56,268 bases of DNA, taken from assembly GCA_029775855.1 (NCBI GenBank), contig JARVJZ010000005.1, positions 135,817 to 192,084 on the forward strand. The letters run 5' to 3'. The notes under the pieces are model-generated. The model made no database searches. It was not told the DNA's origin and saw nothing but the letters and a program-made list of their open reading frames with translations. Position 1 is the stretch's first letter. The number at the start of each line of letters is the position of its first letter. Made by a program: the position numbers and the translations under genes. Source of the stretch: Nitrososphaeria archaeon. Its GTDB lineage: Archaea; Thermoproteota; Nitrososphaeria; Nitrososphaerales; JAAOZN01. This document shows positions 1-10,416 of the stretch, one piece after another.

Positions 1-3000
1 AATTGAAAGTATCGTTTGAAATAAGGGCTTCTTGACCATACATCTTAGGAATCTCACATAGAGAATTGAAAGATTACGAATAGTCCGATGACCATGGCTA
101 CTCCAGCTATGGAATCTCACATAGAGAATTGAAAGTGAATACTTCCTAATCAAATATAAAAAATATGCAAGATGGCGAATCTCACATAGAGAATTGAAAG
201 TTTCTTGCTCCTTTTGGCTATTTGAGGGGTAAAATGAGCGAATCTCACATAGAGAATTGAAAGAAGGTCTCCACCCGAGGAGTCGGCGGATGAGTTAGTA
301 GAATCTCACATAGAGAATTGAAAGATAGCTTATCAGCCATTGTTCGACACCCCTGTGTGTGGAATCTCACATAGAGAATTGAAAGTCACGCTTCTTAACA
401 ACAGCAACCCCCCACTTTGCTTTCTGAATCTCACATAGAGAATTGAAAGTAAGCTGCAGTGTGCGGTCAGGCTTCACGATAATAGCTAACCGCATGGAAT
501 CTCACATAGAGAATTGAAAGTCAATTCTTCTTTGCGCCTTCATCAAAGAAATGCTGTTAGAATCTCACATAGAGAATTGAAAGCTAACAACTCTCTATGG
601 CGAACAGGGAGTTGGCTTAACAAGAATCTCACATAGAGAATTGAAAGTGTGATTGCATTTGTTTGTGGACTTTTTGAATTAGCCTTGAATCTCACATAGA
701 GAATTGAAAGCCTCCTACACCACCTTTTAGGTAGTGCGATATAAGTAGAATCTCACATAGAGAATTGAAAGAGGCATTACGGGTTCACCTCAACCCACCT
801 TCGCCTACTATAAGGAATCTCACATAGAGAATTGAAAGCCTCTAAGAAGATGGCTTTAGTCTTCGATGACGCAACATGAATCTCACATAGAGAATTGAAA
901 GAACCCATTTTTATTCACGCTACGGAGACCACACTAATGTGGAATCTCACATAGAGAATTGAAAGTTAAGTATAACACGCCTTGTGGCACCGCTTCTCTT
1001 CTCTTCGAATCTCACATAGAGAATTGAAAGACCACAGAAATTTAAAAGATTACCCAGAATACTTCCTAATGAATCTCACATAGAGAATTGAAAGCGGATG
1101 GGGAGGATACGCCCCCACAATGGAGAAGTTGAGGAATCTCACATAGAGAATTGAAAGTCTTTTGGGTTGGCTAGGGCAAATGGGATGGTTCCCTAGAATC
1201 TCACATAGAGAATTGAAAGTGTTGTGTAAGATGAGGGGTAGCACCACAAAAAGCAGAAAGGAATCTCACATAGAGAATTGAAAGTGGCAAAGAAAGGTCA
1301 CTGAACCGCCTCAAGTAATACCAAGAATCTCACATAGAGAATTGAAAGCCCCTATAAAGTGTTGAGGATCATTTGTGATAAGATAGGAATCTCACATAGA
1401 GAATTGAAAGTCTCCACAACCTTATTCCCATCAAACTTGCTCTCTAGAATCTCACATAGAGAATTGAAAGAATTCGCTTAGATCACCACTTAAAACCTTA
1501 GTTATGTCGAAGAATCTCACATAGAGAATTGAAAGTCAGACCGTAGTTGAAGTTTATATAGCTTCAGCGTCGTTCGAATCTCACATAGAGAATTGAAAGG
1601 AAGAAGTGAACCGCATAGGGGTGTGTGTATGGTGAAGCTAGAATCTCACATAGAGAATTGAAAGCATGCTGACACATTAGCTAAAGCCCTCTTCTTAGGC
1701 TTCTGAATCTCACATAGAGAATTGAAAGCTTAAAGTAGATGGGGCATTAGGAATAGGAACTTGGTATTCGGAATCTCACATAGAGAATTGAAAGTCTGTA
1801 TTGTTTAACCCCCTCTTTTTCAACCCGATAGTCTTGAATCTCACATAGAGAATTGAAAGCACCAACCATTAGCAACTAAGTGAACATTACCATCTTGAGT
1901 TAGAATCTCACATAGAGAATTGAAAGTGAATTGACGTATCGGTGAACGTTTCGACGGATCAATGTGGAATCTCACATAGAGAATTGAAAGAATTGGAAGA
2001 CTGAGTATCGTGCTACTAAGCGGTAGAACTTGAATCTCACATAGAGAATTGAAAGCTCAGTAACGATGTATGAGTTATTAAGTGAAGCGGTTTTGAAGGA
2101 ATCTCACATAGAGAATTGAAAGTTCATCCTTTCTTTTTCACCTCCTACACCACCTTTTTCTTAGAATCTCACATAGAGAATTGAAAGATAACTTACCTCC
2201 GACTCTTTAGAGTCGAGATCGACGAGAATCTCACATAGAGAATTGAAAGCGACTCAAAAATGGTGCGGTAGAAAGTAGTTGATACACCGTTGAATCTCAC
2301 ATAGAGAATTGAAAGAATTAGTTTCAAAGTCGTGAATGTAGTATGTTTTAAGTTGAATCTCACATAGAGAATTGAAAGACTCCACTTGAAGCGATAATTT
2401 CAAGCTTCCAAATCAGAATCTCACATAGAGAATTGAAAGTCAGCACTCCAGCTTCCATCATATCTCCTATACACTATTGTGGAATCTCACATAGAGAATT
2501 GAAAGAGCAAGTTAGCAACGCTGGTCAAGGAATATTTGCTGGCTTAAGAATCTCACATAGAGAATTGAAAGTAGAACACATGCCATTTTAAATACACGCA
2601 TAAATTAGCAGAATCTCACATAGAGAATTGAAAGATGTGAGTTAGGCTATCGAGTGCCTCCTGAACCTCAGGAGAATCTCACATAGAGAATTGAAAGGCC
2701 TCAGCAAAAGCATCATCGTGATTTGCCTCTTTGTTAGAATCTCACATAGAGAATTGAAAGCATCGAGCGCTACAGCGCATAACTAACCTAACGACTTAAG
2801 AATCTCACATAGAGAATTGAAAGTCTAATTAATGCAATACATACACCTCTGAGTAAAAATGGAATCTCACATAGAGAATTGAAAGATAACTTCCCTTGGG
2901 CAGTGGATCCTAAATTACGCGATGAATCTCACATAGAGAATTGAAAGCTAATCGTTCCTGAGCTTCCAGCCCAAGATCCTCTACCAGCTTGAATCTCACA

Positions 3001-5877
3001 TAGAGAATTGAAAGTCAGAGACTCGAATAACCAAAGCTTAGGCTCTATTCAACCGAATCTCACATAGAGAATTGAAAGACCACTTTTGGAGGAATTGAAA
3101 GCATAAGCTCTCCGGTGTGGAATCTCACATAGAGAATTGAAAGTAATATTGCTCCGCCTTCTGAGTGGAAGCTGTGATAAGGAATCTCACATAGAGAATT
3201 GAAAGAACACGCTATCAAAGCAGCACACAAAAAAGCATACCTAGAATCTCACATAGAGAATTGAAAGTTTGTAGTATCTTCCACCTTATTTGATATGGCA
3301 CTCTCCTGAATCTCACATAGAGAATTGAAAGACTTCAGGAATTGAACCCGTCGTCGCTGACTTTGTAAATGGAATCTCACATAGAGAATTGAAAGCAAAC
3401 ACTTTAACCTTGGAAAGTGAGCAGATCGCATACCCAGAATCTCACATAGAGAATTGAAAGTCAGTGGAGAATCTGTGCGGACATGCGAATCCATGTTCGA
3501 ATCTCACATAGAGAATTGAAAGTTGTAGGTTGACTCTACTTGAGTGATGTCATAGAAAGACGAATCTCACATAGAGAATTGAAAGTAGATGTGAACCAAA
3601 TCATCCCAGATAACGTTGAGAAGCCTCAGCAGAATCTCACATAGAGAATTGAAAGCCAGAAACATTAAAAGCCAAAAGGCTCACACCATAATTGAATCTC
3701 ACATAGAGAATTGAAAGACGAACAATAGAAAGTCTCTGTCGTTAGGTGATAACTCGGGAATCTCACATAGAGAATTGAAAGTCTACCTTATCTTTATCCT
3801 CAAAATTAATGTCATTAATGTCGAATCTCACATAGAGAATTGAAAGAACCCATTCATACCACCTCCTATACCCACACTTGACCTCCTGAATCTCACATAG
3901 AGAATTGAAAGAACAGTAGCCTTTATGGTGTATGAGTCTGAGCCCCCTCTGCCCTGAATCTCACATAGAGAATTGAAAGGAGCAGCTATGTTAAATCTCG
4001 TCTGTGAAGCAGGATTAATGAATCTCACATAGAGAATTGAAAGTTGTTAACTATGACCCAATCAAGCCCAACAAAATTCAGATGAATCTCACATAGAGAA
4101 TTGAAAGACAAAATCAGAAACAGTAGCTAAAACAAGGTAATACATAGGAATCTCACATAGAGAATTGAAAGAGAGTCTTTGAACTTCCCCCTACTCTACA
4201 ACGCGAGAAGTTGGAATCTCACATAGAGAATTGAAAGTCGGAGCAGATTCCGCTTTGAAAAGCGTCTTCCCAATCCGGAATCTCACATAGAGAATTGAAA
4301 GTCCTTTTAGCGGCGTTTAAGAGCGCCGTGCCGACTCCCCTGAATCTCACATAGAGAATTGAAAGCTTAGGTTAATTTTGGTGTTAAGCGTGAACTCTAA
4401 CCCGCGAATCTCACATAGAGAATTGAAAGTGTTCTTAACATCACTAGGTATATTGCTTATATGCAGTATTTGAATCTCACATAGAGAATTGAAAGCGTGC
4501 ATATTCCCCTATCGTCTTACCCTCTGACATTTTACCAGAATCTCACATAGAGAATTGAAAGATTTGATGAGTTGTACTTCTGGTACGTCATAATTGACGA
4601 ATCTCACATAGAGAATTGAAAGTTTAACTCGTCTTGTATCGTACTCATGTTCTCAGAATCTCACATAGAGAATTGAAAGGATATAACTTTGTAGATTGGA
4701 TTTTCTTTTGGGTTCAGAATCTCACATAGAGAATTGAAAGTTTGAAATCTGTGGTGGAGGGCTTACAATACCCTCTACACTCGAATCTCACATAGAGAAT
4801 TGAAAGTCTGCTGGTATGCTTCTAAGCTGCCTTCTTCAGAGAAAGAATCTCACATAGAGAATTGAAAGAGAAAGCGAATCAACTATAGAGACTGATACGC
4901 TAAGCGACCTGAATCTCACATAGAGAATTGAAAGTTTTGGCTGTGTGGATGATACCAAAGGATGGATGGCACTGTTGAATCTCACATAGAGAATTGAAAG
5001 AAGAAGTCTTCAAGTGTGACGAAAGCCTTTTCGCAGTCGAATCTCACATAGAGAATTGAAAGTGTGAAATGTTTTTGGGGTTTGGTTTCTTAGAAATCAC
5101 GAATCTCACATAGAGAATTGAAAGTGATGCGAAATGAAAAAGCAGAAACAGAATCAAATAAGAATCTCACATAGAGAATTGAAAGGATTCTATAGTAGCG
5201 AGGGTTCGCATGACGACTTGGCGTAGAATCTCACATAGAGAATTGAAAGTTTGTTTGTCAATTTGTAGCAATTCGCAACTGTCATGAATCTCACATAGAG
5301 AATTGAAAGAGGTCCTAACAGCCAACAACCACCACAACCACAGCCTATGAATCTCACATAGAGAATTGAAAGTGAAAATATTGATTGCTTGCAAATCAAA
5401 CTCGTCCGCTTCAGAATCTCACATAGAGAATTGAAAGCACATGGAGGACTACTTCCTCCTCCTTTTTCTCTTCAGTGAATCTCACATAGAGAATTGAAAG
5501 CCATCTGGTCTTTAAATATGGCAGCTTGTTCACTGGAGAATCTCACATAGAGAATTGAAAGAAGGTCTTGGCTGACGACCCCACAGCTACATTTGAAATA
5601 TAGAATCTCACATAGAGAATTGAAAGACCCTACTCTAACGACAAAAAATTAATAAGAAACCTAAGAATCTCACATAGAGAATTGAAAGATTGGTATTTGC
5701 GCTTCATCTATGTTTCCTTTCTCTTCTATGAATCTCACATAGAGAATTGAAAGGTGTAGCAGAACTGGCATACTCCCCTGAGTCCTTTGTGAATCTCACA
5801 TAGAGAATTGAAAGTCAGCTGGGTTTAGGGGGACTAACCCAGCCGCTTTTTTAGAATCTCATATAGAGAATTTGAAG
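1..5877 (+). CRISPR. CRISPR array, repeat GAATCTCACATAGAGAATTGAAAG (24 bp), about 93 repeats / 92 spacers of about 33-47 bp, truncated at window start
   Basis: Identical 24-mer recurs every ~62 bp from 49 to 5791, with a partial copy at 1-9. The last copy (5854-5877, GAATCTCATATAGAGAATTTGAAG) is degenerate, marking the trailer end. The 3' ATTGAAAG is the usual archaeal crRNA 8-nt handle, so transcription is probably + with the leader left of the window. Confidence 0.99.
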
Positions 5878-6001
5878 TAGTTGTTTTAGATGGTTTCGCG
5901 TGGAGGGTTGGAAGTGTTGTACTGCGCTTGTTGATGTGTTAGGTAAACACCGCTAAACTTTGGAGAGTCGGTAGCTCATGTTGTGTAGGTTGCTTCAGCC
6001 T

Positions 6002-6199
6002 CTATGGTTGTGTGTAGTGGGTTCTGTTTCTAGTTCGTCTCTGTGTATGGTTCTTAATACTGTTGTGTAGAAGCAACACGGCGAAGATCAATGAATAAGC
6101 GACAAGAACCGCCGACGCTACAAACAGTGCTTATATCCATAGTTGAGGATCTGCTAAAGTGTATGTGCTATTTACATTAGCCAGCTCTTTACCCGCCAT
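6002..6199 (-). pseudogene. possible remnant of a membrane-protein gene
   Basis: Minus frame reads MAGKELANVNSTYTLADPQLWI*ALFVASAVLVAYSLIFAVLLL..., a transmembrane-like stretch broken by an in-frame TAA at 6131-6133. Confidence 0.25.
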
Positions 6200-6241
6200 T
6201 TTACAGTAGCGTTCCAGCAACTTAACCAAACTTAAATCAAT

Positions 6242-7123
6242 TTAGAGTACTGGGCGTAGGCCGAAGATTCTACCTAAGAAGTCGCCGAAGAGGAAGGTTG
6301 CGAATGCTGTGCCTAAGGTTAGGGTAACGCTTTCAGCGAACTCTCTTGGGAAGCTTCTTTCACCAATCACAGAGCCGTATAGAGTGAAGAAGAATACCAA
6401 TGCCATGGCTAACACTAGCGAGCCGCCGAATGCGTATGTCATGACTTCGGTTAGAAAGTAAGGTGATGCTAATAGGGCTACTGCACATAGATACGCTACG
6501 CCTGTGCTCAATGCTGAAGAGAATGGGTTGCTTGATGTCTGCTGCTTTGCTTGAAGATAGGCTGCTGACCCCATCGAGATCGCTGCTGCAAACCCTACAA
6601 CCAATCCCGCTATGCCAGCTATGAGTGTGGAGCTAGTTACACCTAGGAAGCCTGCGTGTACACCAGTTATCTCCACTATCGCATCAGCAAGCCCTAATAC
6701 TATGAAGCTGAGGTATTTGACTATGCGCTCATCTATTTGATCCATAAACGCCTTTTCATGCTGCTCCTCATCCTCTATTATCCTTAAGAGTGTGACTCTG
6801 TCTTCACCAGAAAGATCTTCCACAGTCTTCTTGTATGCTTCGATAACCCTCTTTTCGTGCCTTTCAAGGAACTTTAGCGTAAACATAAGCCCAAAGATGA
6901 ATCTGAGCACCACCATCCTTGCAATCAATAATCTGCTGACCTTAGGCTTAAACCCTCCAGCCAACCTACTCCAAAATAGGTAATGCCCTTCCTCTGCCTT
7001 AGAGAGTTCTTCTAATATCCTCCTTCTACCCGCGTGTTTCTCGCGTTTGGCTAACTCGAGGTATAGTTGGTAATCTGCATACTCATCCTCACAGAACTGC
7101 TTGAACTTCTCCGTAGAGAACAC
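6242..7123 (-). CDS. rubrerythrin/ferritin-like di-iron domain fused to VIT1/CCC1 membrane domain (MbfA-like iron exporter)
   Basis: N-terminal E..ExxH motifs (AEEGH, DEEQH); C-terminal LGLADAIVEITG...AAISMGSAAYL typical of VIT1/CCC1. Confidence 0.85.
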   Translation of the reverse strand: MFSTEKFKQFCEDEYADYQLYLELAKREKHAGRRRILEELSKAEEGHYLFWSRLAGGFKPKVSRLLIARMVVLRFIFGLMFTLKFLERHEKRVIEAYKKTVEDLSGEDRVTLLRIIEDEEQHEKAFMDQIDERIVKYLSFIVLGLADAIVEITGVHAGFLGVTSSTLIAGIAGLVVGFAAAISMGSAAYLQAKQQTSSNPFSSALSTGVAYLCAVALLASPYFLTEVMTYAFGGSLVLAMALVFFFTLYGSVIGERSFPREFAESVTLTLGTAFATFLFGDFLGRIFGLRPVL

Positions 7124-7132
7124 CTCGCTAAT

Positions 7133-7546
7133 CTAATTTATCTCGTAGCTTGTTGTTATCTTTGATACTCCTCTTAAATTCGCCATAACAGAGCAGTACT
7201 TCTCCTCAGAGAGGCGTATAGCCCTTTTGACAGCGTCTTCGCTTAGGGCATCGCCCTTCAAAATATACTTCAACCTAATTTGCGTGTAGTATTTCGGAGG
7301 CTCTTCAGCTCTGTCGCCATCAGCATGAACTTCAAGTAAAGATAGATTCTGCCGCTGCTTTTTTAAGATATTTATTATGTCTAACGCTGTGCATCCTGCG
7401 AGGGCAACAAGGAGCAGCTTCATCGGCGTGAAGCCTGCGCCTTCTCCACCGAGATCTTTGGGGAGATCCATCGCGACGCTATGCCCCTCTTCATCCAGGC
7501 CTTCAAGTTTAAAGCCTTCTATCATCTTCACCTTGATAGTTGGCAT
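7133..7546 (-). CDS. OsmC family protein (YhfA-like)
   Basis: PMKLLLVALAGC and EKYCSV motifs. Confidence 0.9.
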   Translation of the reverse strand: MPTIKVKMIEGFKLEGLDEEGHSVAMDLPKDLGGEGAGFTPMKLLLVALAGCTALDIINILKKQRQNLSLLEVHADGDRAEEPPKYYTQIRLKYILKGDALSEDAVKRAIRLSEEKYCSVMANLRGVSKITTSYEIN

Positions 7547-7652
7547 AACTTTGAGGTTTTTGGAAATCTATAAAAGACTATCGAAGACAACCTTAAAAGC
7601 AGTTTAGGCGCTAAACTAATGTGGATAGCATCATTTGGTGTAGGCGAGAAGC

Positions 7653-8657
7653 TTGAAGATAGCGATAGTGGGTATGGGTGTGGCTGGCTCCTACCTTGCA
7701 GCGAGGCTCAGAGATGAACATGAGGTTGTTGGGTTCGAGCGTCTACCTAAGGATAAGTTCGATGCTGTATGCGCTTGGGGCACATCAATTAAAGGTATAG
7801 AGCGCTTCATAAAGAATGTAGGGTTAAGCTTTGACGACTATATTCTGCACAAAGGCAGGGAGATGCGCGTAGATATCTTCAGACGCTCACTCTACATTAA
7901 GCTAGGTGGGCTCTGCTCATTTGATAAACTTCGATTAATCCAAGATATAGCAGAAGGCAGCAACATTAACTACGGCAGATTTATCCCAAAAAATCACAAG
8001 TTAGAAGGGTATGACTTGATTATAGACGCTACTGGCTTAAGTAGACCGCTCCTACCAAAAGTGAAGCACGACATATTCATCCCCTGCCTACAGTATAAGG
8101 TTAAGTATAGGGAGAAGCCCTTCGACGACTTCTACATAAAACCATTCCCAGGCTTAACAGGGTATCTCTGGTATTTCCCACTCGACGATGGATACGCTCA
8201 CATCGGTGCTGGAGACTTCAGGAAGAGGCATGTTGCTGAGCTCACCTCATTCCTTAGGAGATATCCGTGTGAAGTTGTGAAGAAGACGGGTAGAGCGGTC
8301 AGAATAACACCACCAAGCCTATGTAGACCATTCAGCGTTGGAAGAGTGGTTGGTGTAGGTGAGTCAATAGGCACGGTCTACCCTATGCTCGGCGAAGGTA
8401 TCATCCCTAGCCTACAGTGTGCCGAACTTTTAATAGATAATTTGGGTAATTTAGATGCGTATGAGAAGGCTGTTTTGAGAAAGTTTTCTATCTACAGCAA
8501 GGTCTTTAGCTTCATCTACTCTAAGTTGAATAACACATTCAACCTAACCTCTCAACTGAGAAACATACTTTCTATCTTTCTGCACATGAAGCTTAACGAA
8601 GCACGCTACGGTCTACAGATCAGACTCAAAGATGTTTTGAAGGTGGTGGTCTCTTAA
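7653..8657 (+). CDS. FAD-dependent oxidoreductase, geranylgeranyl-reductase-like
   Basis: GMGVAG Rossmann motif, IIDATG, GYLWYFP, GESIG.V.P..GEGI. Confidence 0.8.
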   Translation: MKIAIVGMGVAGSYLAARLRDEHEVVGFERLPKDKFDAVCAWGTSIKGIERFIKNVGLSFDDYILHKGREMRVDIFRRSLYIKLGGLCSFDKLRLIQDIAEGSNINYGRFIPKNHKLEGYDLIIDATGLSRPLLPKVKHDIFIPCLQYKVKYREKPFDDFYIKPFPGLTGYLWYFPLDDGYAHIGAGDFRKRHVAELTSFLRRYPCEVVKKTGRAVRITPPSLCRPFSVGRVVGVGESIGTVYPMLGEGIIPSLQCAELLIDNLGNLDAYEKAVLRKFSIYSKVFSFIYSKLNNTFNLTSQLRNILSIFLHMKLNEARYGLQIRLKDVLKVVVS

Positions 8658-9709
8658 ACACCGCTCAAACCCTTAGCGTATTTGAGGAAGCGTTCCTCAC
8701 CCACAGGAGCGCCTACTGATAGATAGAAGAGCCCTCTTGATACAGCCTCTGCGGAGAAGGATAGAGCGAAGTAGAGTGTGGTATAAGCGAGCCAAACGGA
8801 TACGCTGAAAACACTAGTTAGTGGGATAGATGCTATACATAGCGCTGCGGTGGCTAGGCGAAGAACCACCTTCAGTGTATACATCGATTTTTTTGAGTCG
8901 ATCTTTGCCAGACAAGCCCTCGTCTCGTCGCCTTGGGCTTTAAGGTAAAGTCTATACTTTTGATATAGAAAGAGGTCTATTATGGAGAGAGACGCAGCCA
9001 ACCCTACCACCACTAAACCAAATGGTGTGCTCTGAATCACGGTGTTAGATGCAGCTCCTATAGAAAGTTGGACAAATATTGGTCCTGATATGACCGCGGG
9101 TAATATGAATGAGAATGGTGTGTAGAGGTGCCTCCAGCAAGGTCGTGCTGGTATTACATATATGCCGACCATAGCAGCTAACCCTAAGATGCCGGTTGCC
9201 ACGCTTATGTAGTCGTGGATGATGTTGACGGTCTGCTCTGGAAGGATCATGTTTCTGATTGGGTATAGGAGAAGTAGAAGCGTGAAGAGCCCAAGCAGCA
9301 CAACCTCCCTACCTAAGTAAGATGATCTAAGGCTTGTGGCTATGCGTAGTAAAGATTTTAGGTTCTTACCGTGCCCGACTGAGACGATTAGCCCTAAGAG
9401 CGCTGGAGCCCAAAGTGCGCTGAGCGGCACAGACGCAAACTCCTTTAGATTTGAGAAATAATTAACTAAGAGTGTGGTCAAATACGCCCCAACTGTGAAC
9501 TGCAGAAGCAGTGTGAAGAATGTTAAAGAAGGCTCCCAACCCATCTCCGTCTCCTTAGCTAAGGAAATAGCCTCTACGCGGGCAGATAAGCCAGCCTTGC
9601 TCTTATCAACTTCGTAGCCACATTTAGGGCAGACTAAGACCTCAGCACCATAGCCAGTTCTTTTGATGCTAAAAGGAACATTACACTTTGGGCAGACCTC
9701 TTCACTCAA
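8654..9709 (-). CDS. DmsC-like membrane anchor with N-terminal zinc ribbon
   Basis: CPKC-x17-CPKC N-terminus; WEPSLTFFTLLLQ, SSYLGRE, IYVIPARPCW and EAVSRGLFY resemble DmsC motifs; about 8 TM segments. Confidence 0.7.
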   Translation of the reverse strand: MSEEVCPKCNVPFSIKRTGYGAEVLVCPKCGYEVDKSKAGLSARVEAISLAKETEMGWEPSLTFFTLLLQFTVGAYLTTLLVNYFSNLKEFASVPLSALWAPALLGLIVSVGHGKNLKSLLRIATSLRSSYLGREVVLLGLFTLLLLLYPIRNMILPEQTVNIIHDYISVATGILGLAAMVGIYVIPARPCWRHLYTPFSFILPAVISGPIFVQLSIGAASNTVIQSTPFGLVVVGLAASLSIIDLFLYQKYRLYLKAQGDETRACLAKIDSKKSMYTLKVVLRLATAALCIASIPLTSVFSVSVWLAYTTLYFALSFSAEAVSRGLFYLSVGAPVGEERFLKYAKGLSGV

Positions 9710-9782
9710 CCTAATATACCATAGAAGCAGCGCGGAATTAAAAATTTTAGGCTACCTTATATCAAGGCGTATCGTATAGGCT

Positions 9783-10385
9783 ATGTTTAGTTTGATCCTG
9801 GTATTTGAAGGTATAGATAAGGCGGGTAAGACGACTCAAGCACGCCTTCTCACGAGGAGGCTTAAGAAGGAGAGGTGTAGATGTAAGATGATCTCCTTCC
9901 CAGTGTATACAACACCTATTGGTAGAGAGCTTAAGCTTTTACTGCGCGGGTATAGAAACTATCCGCTGCAGGTTAGATACCTTCTCATGGCTGCGAACAG
10001 ATGGGAGATGAAAGAGGAGCTAGAGAGCAGCGGCTTGGACTTCCTAATACTAAACAGATACAAACATTCCAACATAGCATACGGCGTAGCCTCAGGCTTA
10101 GACCGAAGATGGCTTGAAACCTTAGATCAAGGTTTACCTGAACCCAATAAGGTTATACTCCTAGACATCTCACCTTCAACATCGCTGAAGAGGAAACTCA
10201 AAGGTAGAGATTTGAATGAAAAAGACCTCCAATACCTTGAAAATGTGAGAAGGATCTATCTTGAAATAGCAGAAGAATATGGGTGGAGTGTGATCAACGC
10301 CGAGCGAAGTGTAAAAGAGGTGCATAATGAGGTTTGGAGCGTAGTTAAGCAACTAATAAGTAAGCAGAGCGCACCTAACCCTTAA
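9783..10385 (+). CDS. tmk: thymidylate kinase
   Basis: FEGIDKAGKTTQ P-loop, AANRWE, NRYKHSNIAYG. Confidence 0.93.
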   Translation: MFSLILVFEGIDKAGKTTQARLLTRRLKKERCRCKMISFPVYTTPIGRELKLLLRGYRNYPLQVRYLLMAANRWEMKEELESSGLDFLILNRYKHSNIAYGVASGLDRRWLETLDQGLPEPNKVILLDISPSTSLKRKLKGRDLNEKDLQYLENVRRIYLEIAEEYGWSVINAERSVKEVHNEVWSVVKQLISKQSAPNP

Positions 10386-10416
10386 TAACCACTTCACCAA
10401 AAACATCTCTGAACAG

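Noticed and set aside
2698-3631. 9-nt overlap GCCTCAGCA between the start of one spacer and the end of another
   Set aside because: Too short to distinguish from chance among 92 spacers.
1050-5399. Five short minus-strand ORFs inside the CRISPR array
   Set aside because: They are translations of repeats and spacers (recurring LSILYVRF / FNSLCEI), not genes.
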